Of a stretch of 64,000 nt of DNA, positions 31,039-41,634 are shown one piece after another. The notes under the pieces are model-generated. The model was not told where the DNA came from. It did no database searches and saw nothing but the letters and a program-made list of their open reading frames with translations. Position 1 is the stretch's first letter; the number at the start of each line of letters is the position of its first letter. Source of the stretch: Saprospiraceae bacterium UBA1994 (lineage in GTDB: Bacteria; Bacteroidota; Bacteroidia; Chitinophagales; Saprospiraceae); NCBI GenBank assembly GCA_002335865.1, contig DDCY01000030.1:183-64182 (forward strand), read 5' to 3'. Both the position numbers and the translations under genes were made by a program.

Positions 31039-34000
31039 CTATTTTAGGATAACCAACTTTTCGAATTCACTTTCTCTGAGTAGATTAAACTCATCTGATC
31101 GAACTTTTATTTTGTAGAGATACACTCCTTTTCCAATATCTGACCCAAAATCATCCGTCCCATCCCAATGAATATCGTCAATACGGAATCCAGTGGCATA
31201 CTTTGTAGCTTCTATAGTCTTTATCACTTTACCTGATATAGTGTATATAGTTATTAATATGTCCAACTCTGTACTTGTAAGATCATGCTCAAATTGGAAG
31301 TTTGTACTCGTTGTAAATGGATTAGGGTAGTTGAGCACATGCTCTAACACATTGTCTCCATCTTTTATGACTACAAATTCTGATCGAGCTTCCGAGCTAT
31401 TGTTAAGAACATCCCAAGCTTTGACAGAAATACTGTGTCTACCTGACTCAAGCCCTGATATTGGGTATCGGGCAGATCCTTCACGGAAATTATCTACAGT
31501 AGCTTCATAAAAATCATTCATAATGAATGTTCCTTGATTGTCTTCATCTAGAGTACCGCTAAGATCATGACCAATGCTTGTACCAGTAACGTTTATTCCG
31601 TTTTCATCTTCTAGCTTTATGAGAAGTACAGGATCAGTATTCGTAATGCCTCCATAAACAAAACTCTCATCATTCATGAATATTTGAATTTCTGGTCCTT
31701 GATTGTCTTGTATAATATTATTACTGGTACCGCCTATTATAAAATCATCGTTACTTCCTTTAGCATCTACACGATCTGGATTAGTAGCATAGTAACTGAT
31801 GCGACCAGGGCCATATGCATAGTTGATATCTTTAGGGACTACAAAAGTGAAAGAGAACATCCCATTAGTTACGGTTGCGGCTCCTTTGAAAAGTATGTTT
31901 TTAATGACATTAAAGGATTTTTCTCCACTGTTAGAGTCATTAGCTAAGGTTCTTAGAGTTGATTCCTTATCAAATATGGTAGGGTAGACTATTCCATTAT
32001 AGTCACTTACAAATTGGTTGTTTTGGTCAGTGATTATACCTTCGATAGTCACTTGTTCTAAGGCTTTGAGAGTATCTGAAAATTCACTTATTGATGTTCC
32101 ATTTATTTTGGAGGTTTCTACGTTGAGCAGCGGTACCGATAATCTCATAGATGGATCACCTAACAATGAGAACTTACGAGCATTTATCTTCTGAGTATCT
32201 TGGACGTTTTTATTTTTACCTCTCATCAAGATCTCACCTAGAGTTTGTAGTTGACCACCTTGAGTTGTGAACATAGTATCGTATACTGAACTTACCAACC
32301 TTTTATTGTCACTAGCGAAAACAGCTCTAGTAGTAGAGAAAAGACCAATTGCACCACCTCTTTCATTAAGAAGACTTACTTCACCAGCACTTTCAACACT
32401 AGGTTCGTCATATCCTGCGAATGTACACGTAGCAGTAATAAGTAGTGGTATGTTATCATAGTTGTTCCAGCTCTGAATATCAGATACTTGGAGTACTCTT
32501 TCTTGTGCCCACCCCTTAGGACCACCATGTCCGAGATAGTTTAGTACCAATAAACCCTTAAATACTGCGTTGTTTAGTTCTTTGGTCGCATCTGGAAATC
32601 GAGCTCCACCAGGAGTAGACTCTTGGAGAAAAGCATCAAAGTAAATTTTCTGTTGGTTGAAATCTGGGTATCGAAGTTTAGTCTGATTGGCTATGTCTTC
32701 TGTATCTGTTAGGTGTCTTCCAGAGTCTTCATCGTCTGCCGCAAATCCCAATTTTAATTTCCAGTCACCTTGTGTATCAGGGTGGGTATCATAGTGTATC
32801 AATTTGTCTACAAGACCAGTGAATTCTTCTGCAGTTTTCACTGGAAATCTACCAACTGCTATATCCAACTGTCCTTTAAGGTTAGTCCCTTCATTGATGT
32901 CTAGTAGTGCATAGAAATCATCAGTAGGAAATCCATCTATTGGATCCAAAGACTCTTTGGTCTCATAAACAGGAATGAAATTATGATCTGGGATGTCTGG
33001 AGTCAATTGCTTATAATCAAAAGATCCATCACCAACTAAAAGAAGATATTTGAAGTTATCAGTTCTATCGTAAACCATTTTAGCCAAGTCTCTGATCGCT
33101 GAAGGGTCTACCTTTCCACCCGAAAATTCATTGTATACATGATTGATGTTTATAGCTATCACATTCAGGTTTCCAAAGCTAGATCTATGCTCTACATATC
33201 TTTCTATATCATTTTCAAATGTTGGGTGGTATATTACTATAAGCTCTACATCATCAATGGAATGTAAATTTTGATTTTCTACAACACCTACTTTAGTAGG
33301 TGTCATTGCGGTAGCTTCATTGAATGCGTAGAACAGTCTTAGCTCATCTTGAGAGTTGTACTTGATCTGCCCATTATCTACAAAGGCGTTTTTAATATCG
33401 TCAAGACTAGTGACATCCCATATATGATCAGGGGAGCCTGTGAGACTAAGTGCTGTATTGTTATAGTTTACACTTTCTTGATTCGAGATGAGGATAGGAT
33501 TGCCATTAAAGTTAAGAGTTTTTGGTATTATGAATTGGAGGTAATCCAACCAACCTTCTGAAACATCATTTCCTTGAAAGGGATATCTCACGACGATCTT
33601 CCCATTTGGGTTGTTGATAGTCGCAGTCGTATTCATCAAAGCATAATTAGCATACCTATTGGTACTAATACTTCCACTGTCATTAATTCTTGCCAGAGAT
33701 TTATCTAATGTATTGCCATCGAGATCAAGGAAAACTCTAGAAGTATTTTCATCATTTCTGCCAGCAAAACCTAATTTTATTTCTATCTCTTCACCAAGGA
33801 CATAACCAGTGAGATCAAATTTGTCAGTATAGTCATATTCTTTTACCGTGTTATATCTATCTCCAAACCAAAGCTGACCGGTGCCTTGAGTGGCAGTAAA
33901 AGCTGCCAATAAGTTTACTTTATCTTCCTCATACCTTTGAAGGCTATTGTATATTGACGAATTATAGGCGGTTGTAGAAAGACTATTACTTGTTCCTAAT

Positions 34001-34887
34001 CTCTTACCTTGACTTTCTTTTACCTTGATAAAAGCATAGTTGATATCGGAGTAAATGTTCTTTTCGTGATTGTATGTATTATTCGAAGTGTTCCAACTTT
34101 CATCTCCTTTGGCATAAAAGAGGATGTAGTCAGCAGAATTGAATACATTGTTTTCCTCTCCTTTGATCAATATTGGAGACTCTATTAAGTCATCAAATCT
34201 ATCTTCAATAATATTCTCAGCTAAAGCTTTACCATGACTTGTGTATACCGCTAAATTTTTTGGATTTATATTGTCAATGTCAATGCCAAGATCTTTTAGG
34301 TAGTTATAATCCAACTTGTACACACCAGATTCAGTGAAAGATACTTTATAAATAGCTCCACTTGATAAAACCGAGTTGTCAGCGAAGGTTGGTCCATCTC
34401 TTTTCTCAACTAGAGGAGCGCCATAATCTATAGTTAATCGCACTTCTTCCACTTTGATATAGCCTGAATTAGAGCGAATTACTGGAATGAAGCCATATAC
34501 GAGAAAGTAATCATTGCGATTCTTTTCTACTGTAGTCCATACATTAAGTTCATCCTGTATATGATCTTTGGCAGCTTGAGTATTGATGGTTATTGGACTA
34601 CTCTTAGTTATTGTCGCTTGAATGGATATTTCGTAATTGGCTACTAGCTTTACTTGATCTGAGTATAATGGTATTTCTGGATGTTGTCTAGAGAGGTGTC
34701 CATCGTTTACCGTGTAAATCCTCATTAGTTCATTGGATATTGGGTCAATTTGGATATCTTCTTGAGACCAAGAGAGATTTTTGACTATTTCCTTAGATTG
34801 TCCAAAAAGTGTAACTGAGGCAACAGAAATGAAAATAAGTAGAATAGAACGTGAACTAGTCATAAGTAATAGTTTGGGCAACAACAT
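31039..34887 (-). CDS. porU: T9SS C-terminal-signal peptidase/sortase PorU (C25 gingipain-like)
   Basis: A 1282 aa protein. 'NYLGHGGPKGW' and 'LLITATCTFAGYDEP' give the His/Cys dyad of a C25-like peptidase. The C-terminal beta-rich '...GKGVYLYKIKVRS...KLVILK' resembles a type-A CTD. The start may instead be Met-9 (34863). Confidence 0.8.
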   Translation of the reverse strand: MLLPKLLLMTSSRSILLIFISVASVTLFGQSKEIVKNLSWSQEDIQIDPISNELMRIYTVNDGHLSRQHPEIPLYSDQVKLVANYEISIQATITKSSPITINTQAAKDHIQDELNVWTTVEKNRNDYFLVYGFIPVIRSNSGYIKVEEVRLTIDYGAPLVEKRDGPTFADNSVLSSGAIYKVSFTESGVYKLDYNYLKDLGIDIDNINPKNLAVYTSHGKALAENIIEDRFDDLIESPILIKGEENNVFNSADYILFYAKGDESWNTSNNTYNHEKNIYSDINYAFIKVKESQGKRLGTSNSLSTTAYNSSIYNSLQRYEEDKVNLLAAFTATQGTGQLWFGDRYNTVKEYDYTDKFDLTGYVLGEEIEIKLGFAGRNDENTSRVFLDLDGNTLDKSLARINDSGSISTNRYANYALMNTTATINNPNGKIVVRYPFQGNDVSEGWLDYLQFIIPKTLNFNGNPILISNQESVNYNNTALSLTGSPDHIWDVTSLDDIKNAFVDNGQIKYNSQDELRLFYAFNEATAMTPTKVGVVENQNLHSIDDVELIVIYHPTFENDIERYVEHRSSFGNLNVIAININHVYNEFSGGKVDPSAIRDLAKMVYDRTDNFKYLLLVGDGSFDYKQLTPDIPDHNFIPVYETKESLDPIDGFPTDDFYALLDINEGTNLKGQLDIAVGRFPVKTAEEFTGLVDKLIHYDTHPDTQGDWKLKLGFAADDEDSGRHLTDTEDIANQTKLRYPDFNQQKIYFDAFLQESTPGGARFPDATKELNNAVFKGLLVLNYLGHGGPKGWAQERVLQVSDIQSWNNYDNIPLLITATCTFAGYDEPSVESAGEVSLLNERGGAIGLFSTTRAVFASDNKRLVSSVYDTMFTTQGGQLQTLGEILMRGKNKNVQDTQKINARKFSLLGDPSMRLSVPLLNVETSKINGTSISEFSDTLKALEQVTIEGIITDQNNQFVSDYNGIVYPTIFDKESTLRTLANDSNSGEKSFNVIKNILFKGAATVTNGMFSFTFVVPKDINYAYGPGRISYYATNPDRVDAKGSNDDFIIGGTSNNIIQDNQGPEIQIFMNDESFVYGGITNTDPVLLIKLEDENGINVTGTSIGHDLSGTLDEDNQGTFIMNDFYEATVDNFREGSARYPISGLESGRHSISVKAWDVLNNSSEARSEFVVIKDGDNVLEHVLNYPNPFTTSTNFQFEHDLTSTELDILITIYTISGKVIKTIEATKYATGFRIDDIHWDGTDDFGSDIGKGVYLYKIKVRSDEFNLLRESEFEKLVILK

Positions 34888-35202
34888 TTAGTTATAACAT
34901 TAAGCGACTGGAAATTGTTAGCATGTAAAGGTGATATTTTTTACTAATGAATAACAGAAACCCTTGTTCTAGCCCTAATTGTCTGATTTGGTTTTAATAT
35001 ATGGAGAGAACGATAATTAGTATTCTCTATTGCTTAAAGTTTAAAAATAATATTTTAGGTATAACTAAATTGTCTACGTCTACTTTCTTTTTTATAATTA
35101 TACCGTAACCCACGCAATAATAATGCATCGAATACCTTTTGCTCTTTAAGTACAAGTTTTTTGTTAAAAACGAATAATTTTGTTTTTACTTAGATAAGTT
35201 TT

Positions 35203-36210
35203 ATGGAGCTTAGGATATTTATATATTGTTTATTGGCAATGGTTTTAGCTGAAGCTAAGGCCCAAGATCCTATTTTCTCTCAGTTCTATAATGCTCCTAA
35301 TCAAATCAATCCAGCATTTGTAGGGAATACTGTTGGGCCTTTAGTAGCGTCTAACTACAGGTTGCAGTGGCCTGGGTTTTCTTCAGTGTATAATACATAC
35401 ATGTTGAGTTATGATAAATTTTCTCCGAGATTCAATAGTGGTTTTGGTACCTCTATTTTAGTTGATGATGCAGGAGACGGTGCCTTGAAGACAACAAAGT
35501 TATCCGGCCTTTATTCTTATAGAATCTTTGTAAGAAATGAGACTTTTATCAAATTTGGTTTAGAGATGGGCCTGGTCCAATCGAGATTGGACCCTTCTAA
35601 GCTAATTTTTTTCGATCAATTGGATCCTCAGTATGGATCGGTTAGTCCTGGAGGAACAACAATTCCTACACAAGAAAACATATCAAATATTGGAACTCGT
35701 TTCTATCCTGATGTTGGAGCAGGGATTATGATCTATAGTAGTAAGTTTTTTGGTGGAATTGGCCTTAAGCATCTAAATAATCCTGATAATGGATTTTTAG
35801 ATAATATAGAAAATATCGATATAGGGATCCCTACCCGCTTTACAGTGCACGCTGGTATGCAGATAGATCTTGAGAAAGGCAATAATAGACTTTCATCGGC
35901 GTTTATATCACCAAACATAGTTTTTGTGAAGCAAGGACCATTTCACCAGATCAATGCTGGAGCGCATATTGATTTTGGAGCTTTTTTTACAGGACTGTGG
36001 TATAGAGACACTGCTAACAACGGAGATGCAGTAATTGGTAGTTTAGGAGTCAGAAGTGGAATATATAAGATTAGTTATAGTTATGATCTTACAGTTTCTG
36101 GTCTGGGAGTTAACTCTGGTGGTTCACATGAGTTGGGATTAATACTCAATTTTGACAGCCTCTTGCCGAAAAAATCAAAGTATAATGATTGCCTAAACCT
36201 ATTCAGATAG
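35203..36210 (+). CDS. PorP/SprF family T9SS membrane protein
   Basis: A signal peptide is followed by 'QDPIFSQFYNAPNQINPAFVG', the family-defining N-terminus. The protein is a 335 aa beta-barrel-like sequence. Confidence 0.8.
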   Translation: MELRIFIYCLLAMVLAEAKAQDPIFSQFYNAPNQINPAFVGNTVGPLVASNYRLQWPGFSSVYNTYMLSYDKFSPRFNSGFGTSILVDDAGDGALKTTKLSGLYSYRIFVRNETFIKFGLEMGLVQSRLDPSKLIFFDQLDPQYGSVSPGGTTIPTQENISNIGTRFYPDVGAGIMIYSSKFFGGIGLKHLNNPDNGFLDNIENIDIGIPTRFTVHAGMQIDLEKGNNRLSSAFISPNIVFVKQGPFHQINAGAHIDFGAFFTGLWYRDTANNGDAVIGSLGVRSGIYKISYSYDLTVSGLGVNSGGSHELGLILNFDSLLPKKSKYNDCLNLFR

Positions 36211-36314
36211 GAATATGGTATAGTTTATGAGTTATAATTATTGATTTAACAAGCTATTTTAGATTTCAATATGCTAACAATTTTAATCATATTTGGTCCA
36301 AGATAAAATAATGA

Positions 36315-36344
36315 TTGCCTAAGAAACATTTTTGTATATATTTG
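36315..36344 (+). promoter_or_regulatory. Canonical Bacteroidota promoter for gldJ (TTG-N19-TAtaTTTG)
   Basis: TTG lies at 36315-36317, followed by an exact 19-nt spacer and TATATTTG at 36337-36344, about 38 nt upstream of ATG 36382. Confidence 0.55.
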
Positions 36345-36381
36345 TTTTCTATTTTAGAACACACACACAATTATTTTTATA

Positions 36382-37884
36382 ATGAATAGAATTTTTCAAC
36401 TAAGTAGCGCACTATTAGGCGTAGTATTGATATTGTCAAGCTGTGGCAGAAAAAATGAGGTTTCAAGGACTACAGGATGGGAGTACAACAGCCCAGAATA
36501 CGGTGGTTTTGAAAAGCTCGATTATGAGGGTCAAATTAATGGTCCTAATTTAGTTTTAATAGAAGGCGGAACTTTTACGATGGGACTGACTAATGAGGAT
36601 GTTACTTATGAGTGGAATAATATACCAAGGAGAGTGACTGTATCCTCATTCTATATGGATGAAACTGAAGTAGCAAATATCGACTACCGTGAGTACCTTT
36701 ATTACTTGAAGAGAACTTATGTATCATATCCAGAAGTATTTCAAGATGCATTGCCTGATACAATGGTTTGGAGAGAAGAACTAGCATTTAATGAGCCTTT
36801 AGTCCGAGCATACCTCAGACACCCATCATATGATGAGTATCCAGTAGTAGGTGTATCGTGGGAACAAGCAGTTGAATATAGTAAATGGAGAACTGACGCA
36901 GTAAATAAATCTCTTCTTATCAATAGAGGAATTCTTAACGCAACAGCAGAAGAGAAGGATTCTGATGCATTCAATACTGAGGCATACCTTGATGGACAAT
37001 ACATAGGAGATGTACGAAAGAATCTTGAAGACAGAGCAATTGATGGTGGAGAAAGAGCAGTAAGATTTGAGGATGGTATTTTATTACCTGACTACAGGTT
37101 GCCAACAGAAGCTGAATGGGAATATGCCGCACTTGCATTACAAGGTAATCAAGCTGGTTCATTAGATGAATTGATTACTGATAGACGTATATACCCTTGG
37201 AATGGTAATTCAGCGAGATATAAAATTCGAAACGGTACTCAAGGAAAAATCCTTGCTAACTTCAAGAGAAGTGCTGGTGATTATATGGGTATGGCCGGTG
37301 CACTGAATGACAATGCCTCTACTCCTGGACCTGTAAATCATTATTTGCCAAATGATTTCGGACTATATAATATGGCTGGAAACGTTGCTGAATGGACAGC
37401 AGATGTATATAGACCAATGACTAGTCAGTCATTAGTAGATGCAGAACAGCAAGATCTTAATCCATATAGAGGAAACATATTTCAAGAGGTCGTTAGAGAT
37501 GAGGATGGAAATGCTGTGGAAAAAGATAGTTTAGGTAGAATAAAATATCAAAATATAGATGATTCTGAAGCTGAAATTAGAGAAAATTATAAACAGGCTA
37601 ATGTAATAGATTTTAAAGATGATGACTCAGAATTTGTAGAGTATAACTATGGTGAAAGTTCTCTCGTAAATGATGATACTAGAGTTGTGAAAGGTGGAGG
37701 CTGGGCTGATAGACTGTTCTGGTTATCTCCGGGTGCTAGAAAGTATAAGCAACAGAGTAAAGGTTATAAAGATATTGGATTTAGGTGTTCCATGATTAGA
37801 ATGGGTGGAGCCGCAGGTAATGATGATACTGGTGGTAACGTGTTCAAAGAGAAAGGAAGTAAAGTAAAGAGAAGATACAAATAA
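36382..37884 (+). CDS. gldJ: Gliding-motility/T9SS lipoprotein GldJ (FGE-sulfatase-like fold)
   Basis: The lipobox is 'VLILSSC|GRKN'. An FGE/SUMF1-like region includes 'VVGVSWEQAVEYSKW', 'RLPTEAEWEYAA' and 'VVKGGGWAD'. The gene sits immediately upstream of murF and next to porU/porV, as reported for Flavobacterium. Confidence 0.75.
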   Translation: MNRIFQLSSALLGVVLILSSCGRKNEVSRTTGWEYNSPEYGGFEKLDYEGQINGPNLVLIEGGTFTMGLTNEDVTYEWNNIPRRVTVSSFYMDETEVANIDYREYLYYLKRTYVSYPEVFQDALPDTMVWREELAFNEPLVRAYLRHPSYDEYPVVGVSWEQAVEYSKWRTDAVNKSLLINRGILNATAEEKDSDAFNTEAYLDGQYIGDVRKNLEDRAIDGGERAVRFEDGILLPDYRLPTEAEWEYAALALQGNQAGSLDELITDRRIYPWNGNSARYKIRNGTQGKILANFKRSAGDYMGMAGALNDNASTPGPVNHYLPNDFGLYNMAGNVAEWTADVYRPMTSQSLVDAEQQDLNPYRGNIFQEVVRDEDGNAVEKDSLGRIKYQNIDDSEAEIRENYKQANVIDFKDDDSEFVEYNYGESSLVNDDTRVVKGGGWADRLFWLSPGARKYKQQSKGYKDIGFRCSMIRMGGAAGNDDTGGNVFKEKGSKVKRRYK

Positions 37885-37966
37885 ACTCTTTTATTGATAA
37901 TATATCGGAAGCTTCAGTAGTAATATTGGGGCTTCTTTTATTTTTGGGCTATTTAAAACTAGTATT

Positions 37967-39244
37967 ATGACTAAACTAGAGATTATATATAGACATTTTT
38001 GCACTAACTATAGATTGACTATAGACTCTAGAAAAGTAGTGCCAGGGAGTATCTATTTGGCACTAAAAGGGGAACGATTTGATGGCAATCAATTTGCTCA
38101 ACAAGCATTGGAATCAGGAGCAAGTCTTGTAGTTGTTGATAATGATAAGTACAATATTGAGGATGAGCGAGTAATGCTGGTGGAAGATTCTTTGAAGACG
38201 CTTCAGTCGCTTGCCACACATCATAGAAAATCATTGAACATACCAGTAATAGCTCTTACTGGAAGTAATGGAAAAACCACTACAAAAGAACTTTTAAAAG
38301 AAGCACTTTCTACTAAGTATAGAGTATTGGCTACTGCAGGAAATTTCAATAATCATATAGGAGTACCACTGACTTTACTTAGTGCAACTACAAAGCATGA
38401 GGTCATGCTAGTTGAAATGGGAGCTAATCACGTTGGAGAAATTCAAGAACTATGTAGAATTGCTTTGCCAGATGTTGGGCTAATTACTAATATAGGAAAA
38501 TCGCATCTAGAGGGCTTTGGTGGCTACAAGGGTGTAATTAAAGGCAAATCAGAAATGTATCACTTTCTCAAATCAACTGGAGGTACTATAGTATATAATC
38601 AAGATGATCCTTTGCTCTCTGAATTAGTAAATAAGTATTTTCCTTCGATAGTGTATTCTCCGAGTAGGGATTTTGAATTAATTGATTCGTATCCTAAATT
38701 ATCTTTCAAATTTAATGGCAAGAAATTTACAACTGGATTGGTAGGGGCTTATAATCTAAATAATATTGCAACAGCTATAAGTGTGGGAGCACTAATGCAA
38801 TGCGAAATGCCAGAAATGATTGATGTAATTTGTGAGTATACGCCATCCAACAATAGATCTCAGACAATAACAAAAAATGAGGTTCACTTTATCTTGGACG
38901 CATATAATGCTAATCCTACAAGTATGGAATTAGCCATTAGAGAATTTGGAGCATCAGCACTTACAAATAAGGTAATGGTACTTGGAGATATGTTAGAGTT
39001 AGGTACGGATACCGCCAATGAGCACGACAAGATTATACAACAATGCATGGGACTGTCAGATATAGATTTTGTTTTCGTTGGTCCGAGGTTTAAAGATTTT
39101 GAAAAGAAATATCTAGAATTGAGTTTCGTAGCATCTGTCAATGAGCTTAAAGAGTTTATAACTCAAAGATCACGTGAATCTTATTGCTTTGTGAAAGGAT
39201 CAAGAGCATTGAAACTGGAGAATATTTTAGATTTTATGGATTAA
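37967..39244 (+). CDS. murF: UDP-N-acetylmuramoyl-tripeptide--D-alanyl-D-alanine ligase MurF
   Basis: 'ALTGSNGKTTTKE' (Mur ligase P-loop) and 'LDAYNANPTSM' are present, and the protein is 425 aa. Confidence 0.85.
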   Translation: MTKLEIIYRHFCTNYRLTIDSRKVVPGSIYLALKGERFDGNQFAQQALESGASLVVVDNDKYNIEDERVMLVEDSLKTLQSLATHHRKSLNIPVIALTGSNGKTTTKELLKEALSTKYRVLATAGNFNNHIGVPLTLLSATTKHEVMLVEMGANHVGEIQELCRIALPDVGLITNIGKSHLEGFGGYKGVIKGKSEMYHFLKSTGGTIVYNQDDPLLSELVNKYFPSIVYSPSRDFELIDSYPKLSFKFNGKKFTTGLVGAYNLNNIATAISVGALMQCEMPEMIDVICEYTPSNNRSQTITKNEVHFILDAYNANPTSMELAIREFGASALTNKVMVLGDMLELGTDTANEHDKIIQQCMGLSDIDFVFVGPRFKDFEKKYLELSFVASVNELKEFITQRSRESYCFVKGSRALKLENILDFMD

Positions 39245-40242
39245 TACCTTAGTAGTCTATCAGGGATGTCTCCTCTTGCGGCCTCAAGGTACTCTTCATG
39301 AGAACAAGCATGGTATTGCTCTTCATTACCATTTGACATAAACCACCATCTGCCGGAAGTCTCGTTTTTGACAAATATCATTTCTGCATCAGTATTGAGA
39401 GAGTGTATTACAAATCTTTGTAACTGATCAGAAGATGTAGTAGGATGATCATTTAATTTTTGATGATAACCTTCAATAAAATACCAGATCATTTCAGCGA
39501 TAGTAATACTGCTAGCATACTGTCTTTTTTCATCAATAATTTCATAGTTAGTGATATTGAGTAATTTGAGATTTTGACTACCACCAATATTTTTCATTAC
39601 TTGGCAAGATTCTGCGCAGGTTAGCCCTGAAGTATTTGATTCAATTGACGCTGGGTTATCACTCAGTTTGATAGCACTGCCGTCAAAATGTGTAAGGTTT
39701 GCATCACGCAATACGGCTTCCTGTATATAAGGATGGGCTCTCATTTTGGCTAAACTCATAGAACTAGTCGATATACCTTCAAGCTGAGTAATTCGATCTA
39801 GCTCGCATAGGTGTCTTTGAAAGCCTAGTATTTCATACTTGTCATCACTATGATAATCAGGTAATCTATTACTGATATGAAAAATAGTGGAAGAATCACT
39901 TTCTAATCGATGCATCAATTTTTGAATAATATGTCCTGGTGCTCCAAGAAGTATAGGAATTATTCCACCATCAAGAATCTCTTTGATAGCTGGAATAGAG
40001 AACTCAACATCTAATGATTTTAGATTTCCAAGATCTGCTATTTGAAGCGGTGAGAAATGATTATTGAAGCTATAGAATTGCTTCCGTACATTATTGCTAA
40101 ATTCTTTGTCAAAGCCAATAAAGGCAAGCTTAGTGTGCTCCAATACTGGAAAATCTTTCCCATCTTCGTACATTATTTGGCAGTAATTGCCTGCCAAGTG
40201 AGAAAGTGTATTGTCTATTGGTGAAAACCAGTGTGATAGCAT
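39241..40242 (-). CDS. Hypothetical protein, possibly arginase/formiminoglutamase-fold with degenerate metal-binding motifs
   Basis: This is a solid 333-aa ORF. 'IPILLGAPGHII' sits where ureohydrolases have LGGDHS. 'HFDGSAIKLSDNPAS' sits where they have S-x-D-x-D-x-x-DP. 'SGLTCAESCQVM' corresponds to GGL(T/S)xxE. The family call is tentative. Confidence 0.35.
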   Translation of the reverse strand: MLSHWFSPIDNTLSHLAGNYCQIMYEDGKDFPVLEHTKLAFIGFDKEFSNNVRKQFYSFNNHFSPLQIADLGNLKSLDVEFSIPAIKEILDGGIIPILLGAPGHIIQKLMHRLESDSSTIFHISNRLPDYHSDDKYEILGFQRHLCELDRITQLEGISTSSMSLAKMRAHPYIQEAVLRDANLTHFDGSAIKLSDNPASIESNTSGLTCAESCQVMKNIGGSQNLKLLNITNYEIIDEKRQYASSITIAEMIWYFIEGYHQKLNDHPTTSSDQLQRFVIHSLNTDAEMIFVKNETSGRWWFMSNGNEEQYHACSHEEYLEAARGDIPDRLLRY

Positions 40243-40300
40243 AAGTACATATTGTAATTAATACAAATATAAAAATTATTGATTTCTAGAAGATTATATT

Positions 40301-41536
40301 ATGAAAAACTCAGAAAATTTACAGTTTTTTTTAAAGACATATAAAAGCACACCTCCTGAAATTGTGTTTGAATGGAATGATCCCGAAACGGCTGCTAAGG
40401 GATGGGTAGTGATAAATAGTTTGAAAGGTGGTGCCGCAGGTGGGGGAACAAGAATGAGGAAGGGACTTACCAAAGAAGAAGTAATGTCTCTAGCCAAAGT
40501 AATGGAAATTAAGTTTTCAGTTTGTGGACCTTCTATTGGAGGAGCTAAATCTGGAATTGACTTTGATCCGAGTGACCCTCGTCGGACAGAAGTTTTGAAG
40601 AGATGGTATAAGGCTGTATTTCCTTTATTAAAGAATTATTATGGTACTGGTGGAGATATGAATGTTGATGAATTGAAAGATGTAATTCCTATTACAGAAA
40701 ATCTAGGACTTTGGCATCCACAAGAAGGTATTGTCAATGGACATTTCAATTCTTCTGATGGAGAAAAGATAAATGCAATAGGACAATTAAGATATGGATG
40801 TGCTAAGATTATTAAGGATCCTACTTACGCTCCAATAGATAGTGAAGATTATGCTGTGGCGGATATGATAACAGGCTATGGTGTTTCAGAAAGTATTAGA
40901 CATTATTATAACCTGTGGAATAATGGTGATCTAAAAGGAAAAAAAGTATTAATACAAGGATGGGGTAACGTAGCTTCTGCAGCTGGATATTATTTGGCAA
41001 GCCATGGATGTAAAGTCGTAGGCATAATGGATCGAGTAGGAGGAATTATTAGACCAGAAGGCTTGAGTTTTGAAGAGGTGAAATCTCTGTTTGTGAACAA
41101 GGATGGAAACAAGCTTTCCGGTAACTTGATGAGCTTCGAAGAGGCCAATGATTTATTTTGGGATCAAAAAGCTGATATCTTTATGCCAGGAGCAGCATCC
41201 AAACTTGTGACCAAAGAGCAAGTTGGGCGTCTAATTAAAAAAGGATTAGAAGTTATATCCTGTGGAGCCAATGATCCTTTTATTGATAATGCATTATTTT
41301 TTGGTGATAATGCAGCCTTTATTGATAGTAGTGTAAGCGTGATTCCTGATTTTGTTGCTAATTGTGGTATGGCACGCGTATTTGCTTACTTAATGCAACC
41401 AGAAGCAGAAATGACAGATGGAGCGATATTCAATGATGTTAGTGAAACCATAAATGAATTTCTTAAAAAAATAAGAGAAATTGACGATTCTAAATTAGAT
41501 ATCACAAGAAAATCTTTAATTAACTCTTTTAAATAA
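40301..41536 (+). CDS. Glu/Leu/Phe/Val-family amino-acid dehydrogenase
   Basis: 'LKGGAAGGGTRM' and 'GPSIGGAKSGIDFDP' carry the catalytic Lys region. The Rossmann segment is 'VLIQGWGNVASAAGYYL'. Confidence 0.8.
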   Translation: MKNSENLQFFLKTYKSTPPEIVFEWNDPETAAKGWVVINSLKGGAAGGGTRMRKGLTKEEVMSLAKVMEIKFSVCGPSIGGAKSGIDFDPSDPRRTEVLKRWYKAVFPLLKNYYGTGGDMNVDELKDVIPITENLGLWHPQEGIVNGHFNSSDGEKINAIGQLRYGCAKIIKDPTYAPIDSEDYAVADMITGYGVSESIRHYYNLWNNGDLKGKKVLIQGWGNVASAAGYYLASHGCKVVGIMDRVGGIIRPEGLSFEEVKSLFVNKDGNKLSGNLMSFEEANDLFWDQKADIFMPGAASKLVTKEQVGRLIKKGLEVISCGANDPFIDNALFFGDNAAFIDSSVSVIPDFVANCGMARVFAYLMQPEAEMTDGAIFNDVSETINEFLKKIREIDDSKLDITRKSLINSFK

Positions 41537-41567
41537 AAAAAATAGCTTATTATAATAATAAATATGT

Positions 41568-41597
41568 TTGTTTCGAGCTATTTTAATAGTATTTTTG
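41568..41597 (+). promoter_or_regulatory. Canonical Bacteroidota promoter for the OmpA-family gene (TTG-N19-TAttTTTG)
   Basis: TTG lies at 41568-41570, followed by an exact 19-nt spacer and TATTTTTG at 41590-41597, 38 nt upstream of ATG 41635. Confidence 0.5.
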
Positions 41598-41634
41598 TGC
41601 TTAATTAAAATGATTTAAAATAAATTTTTGACCT

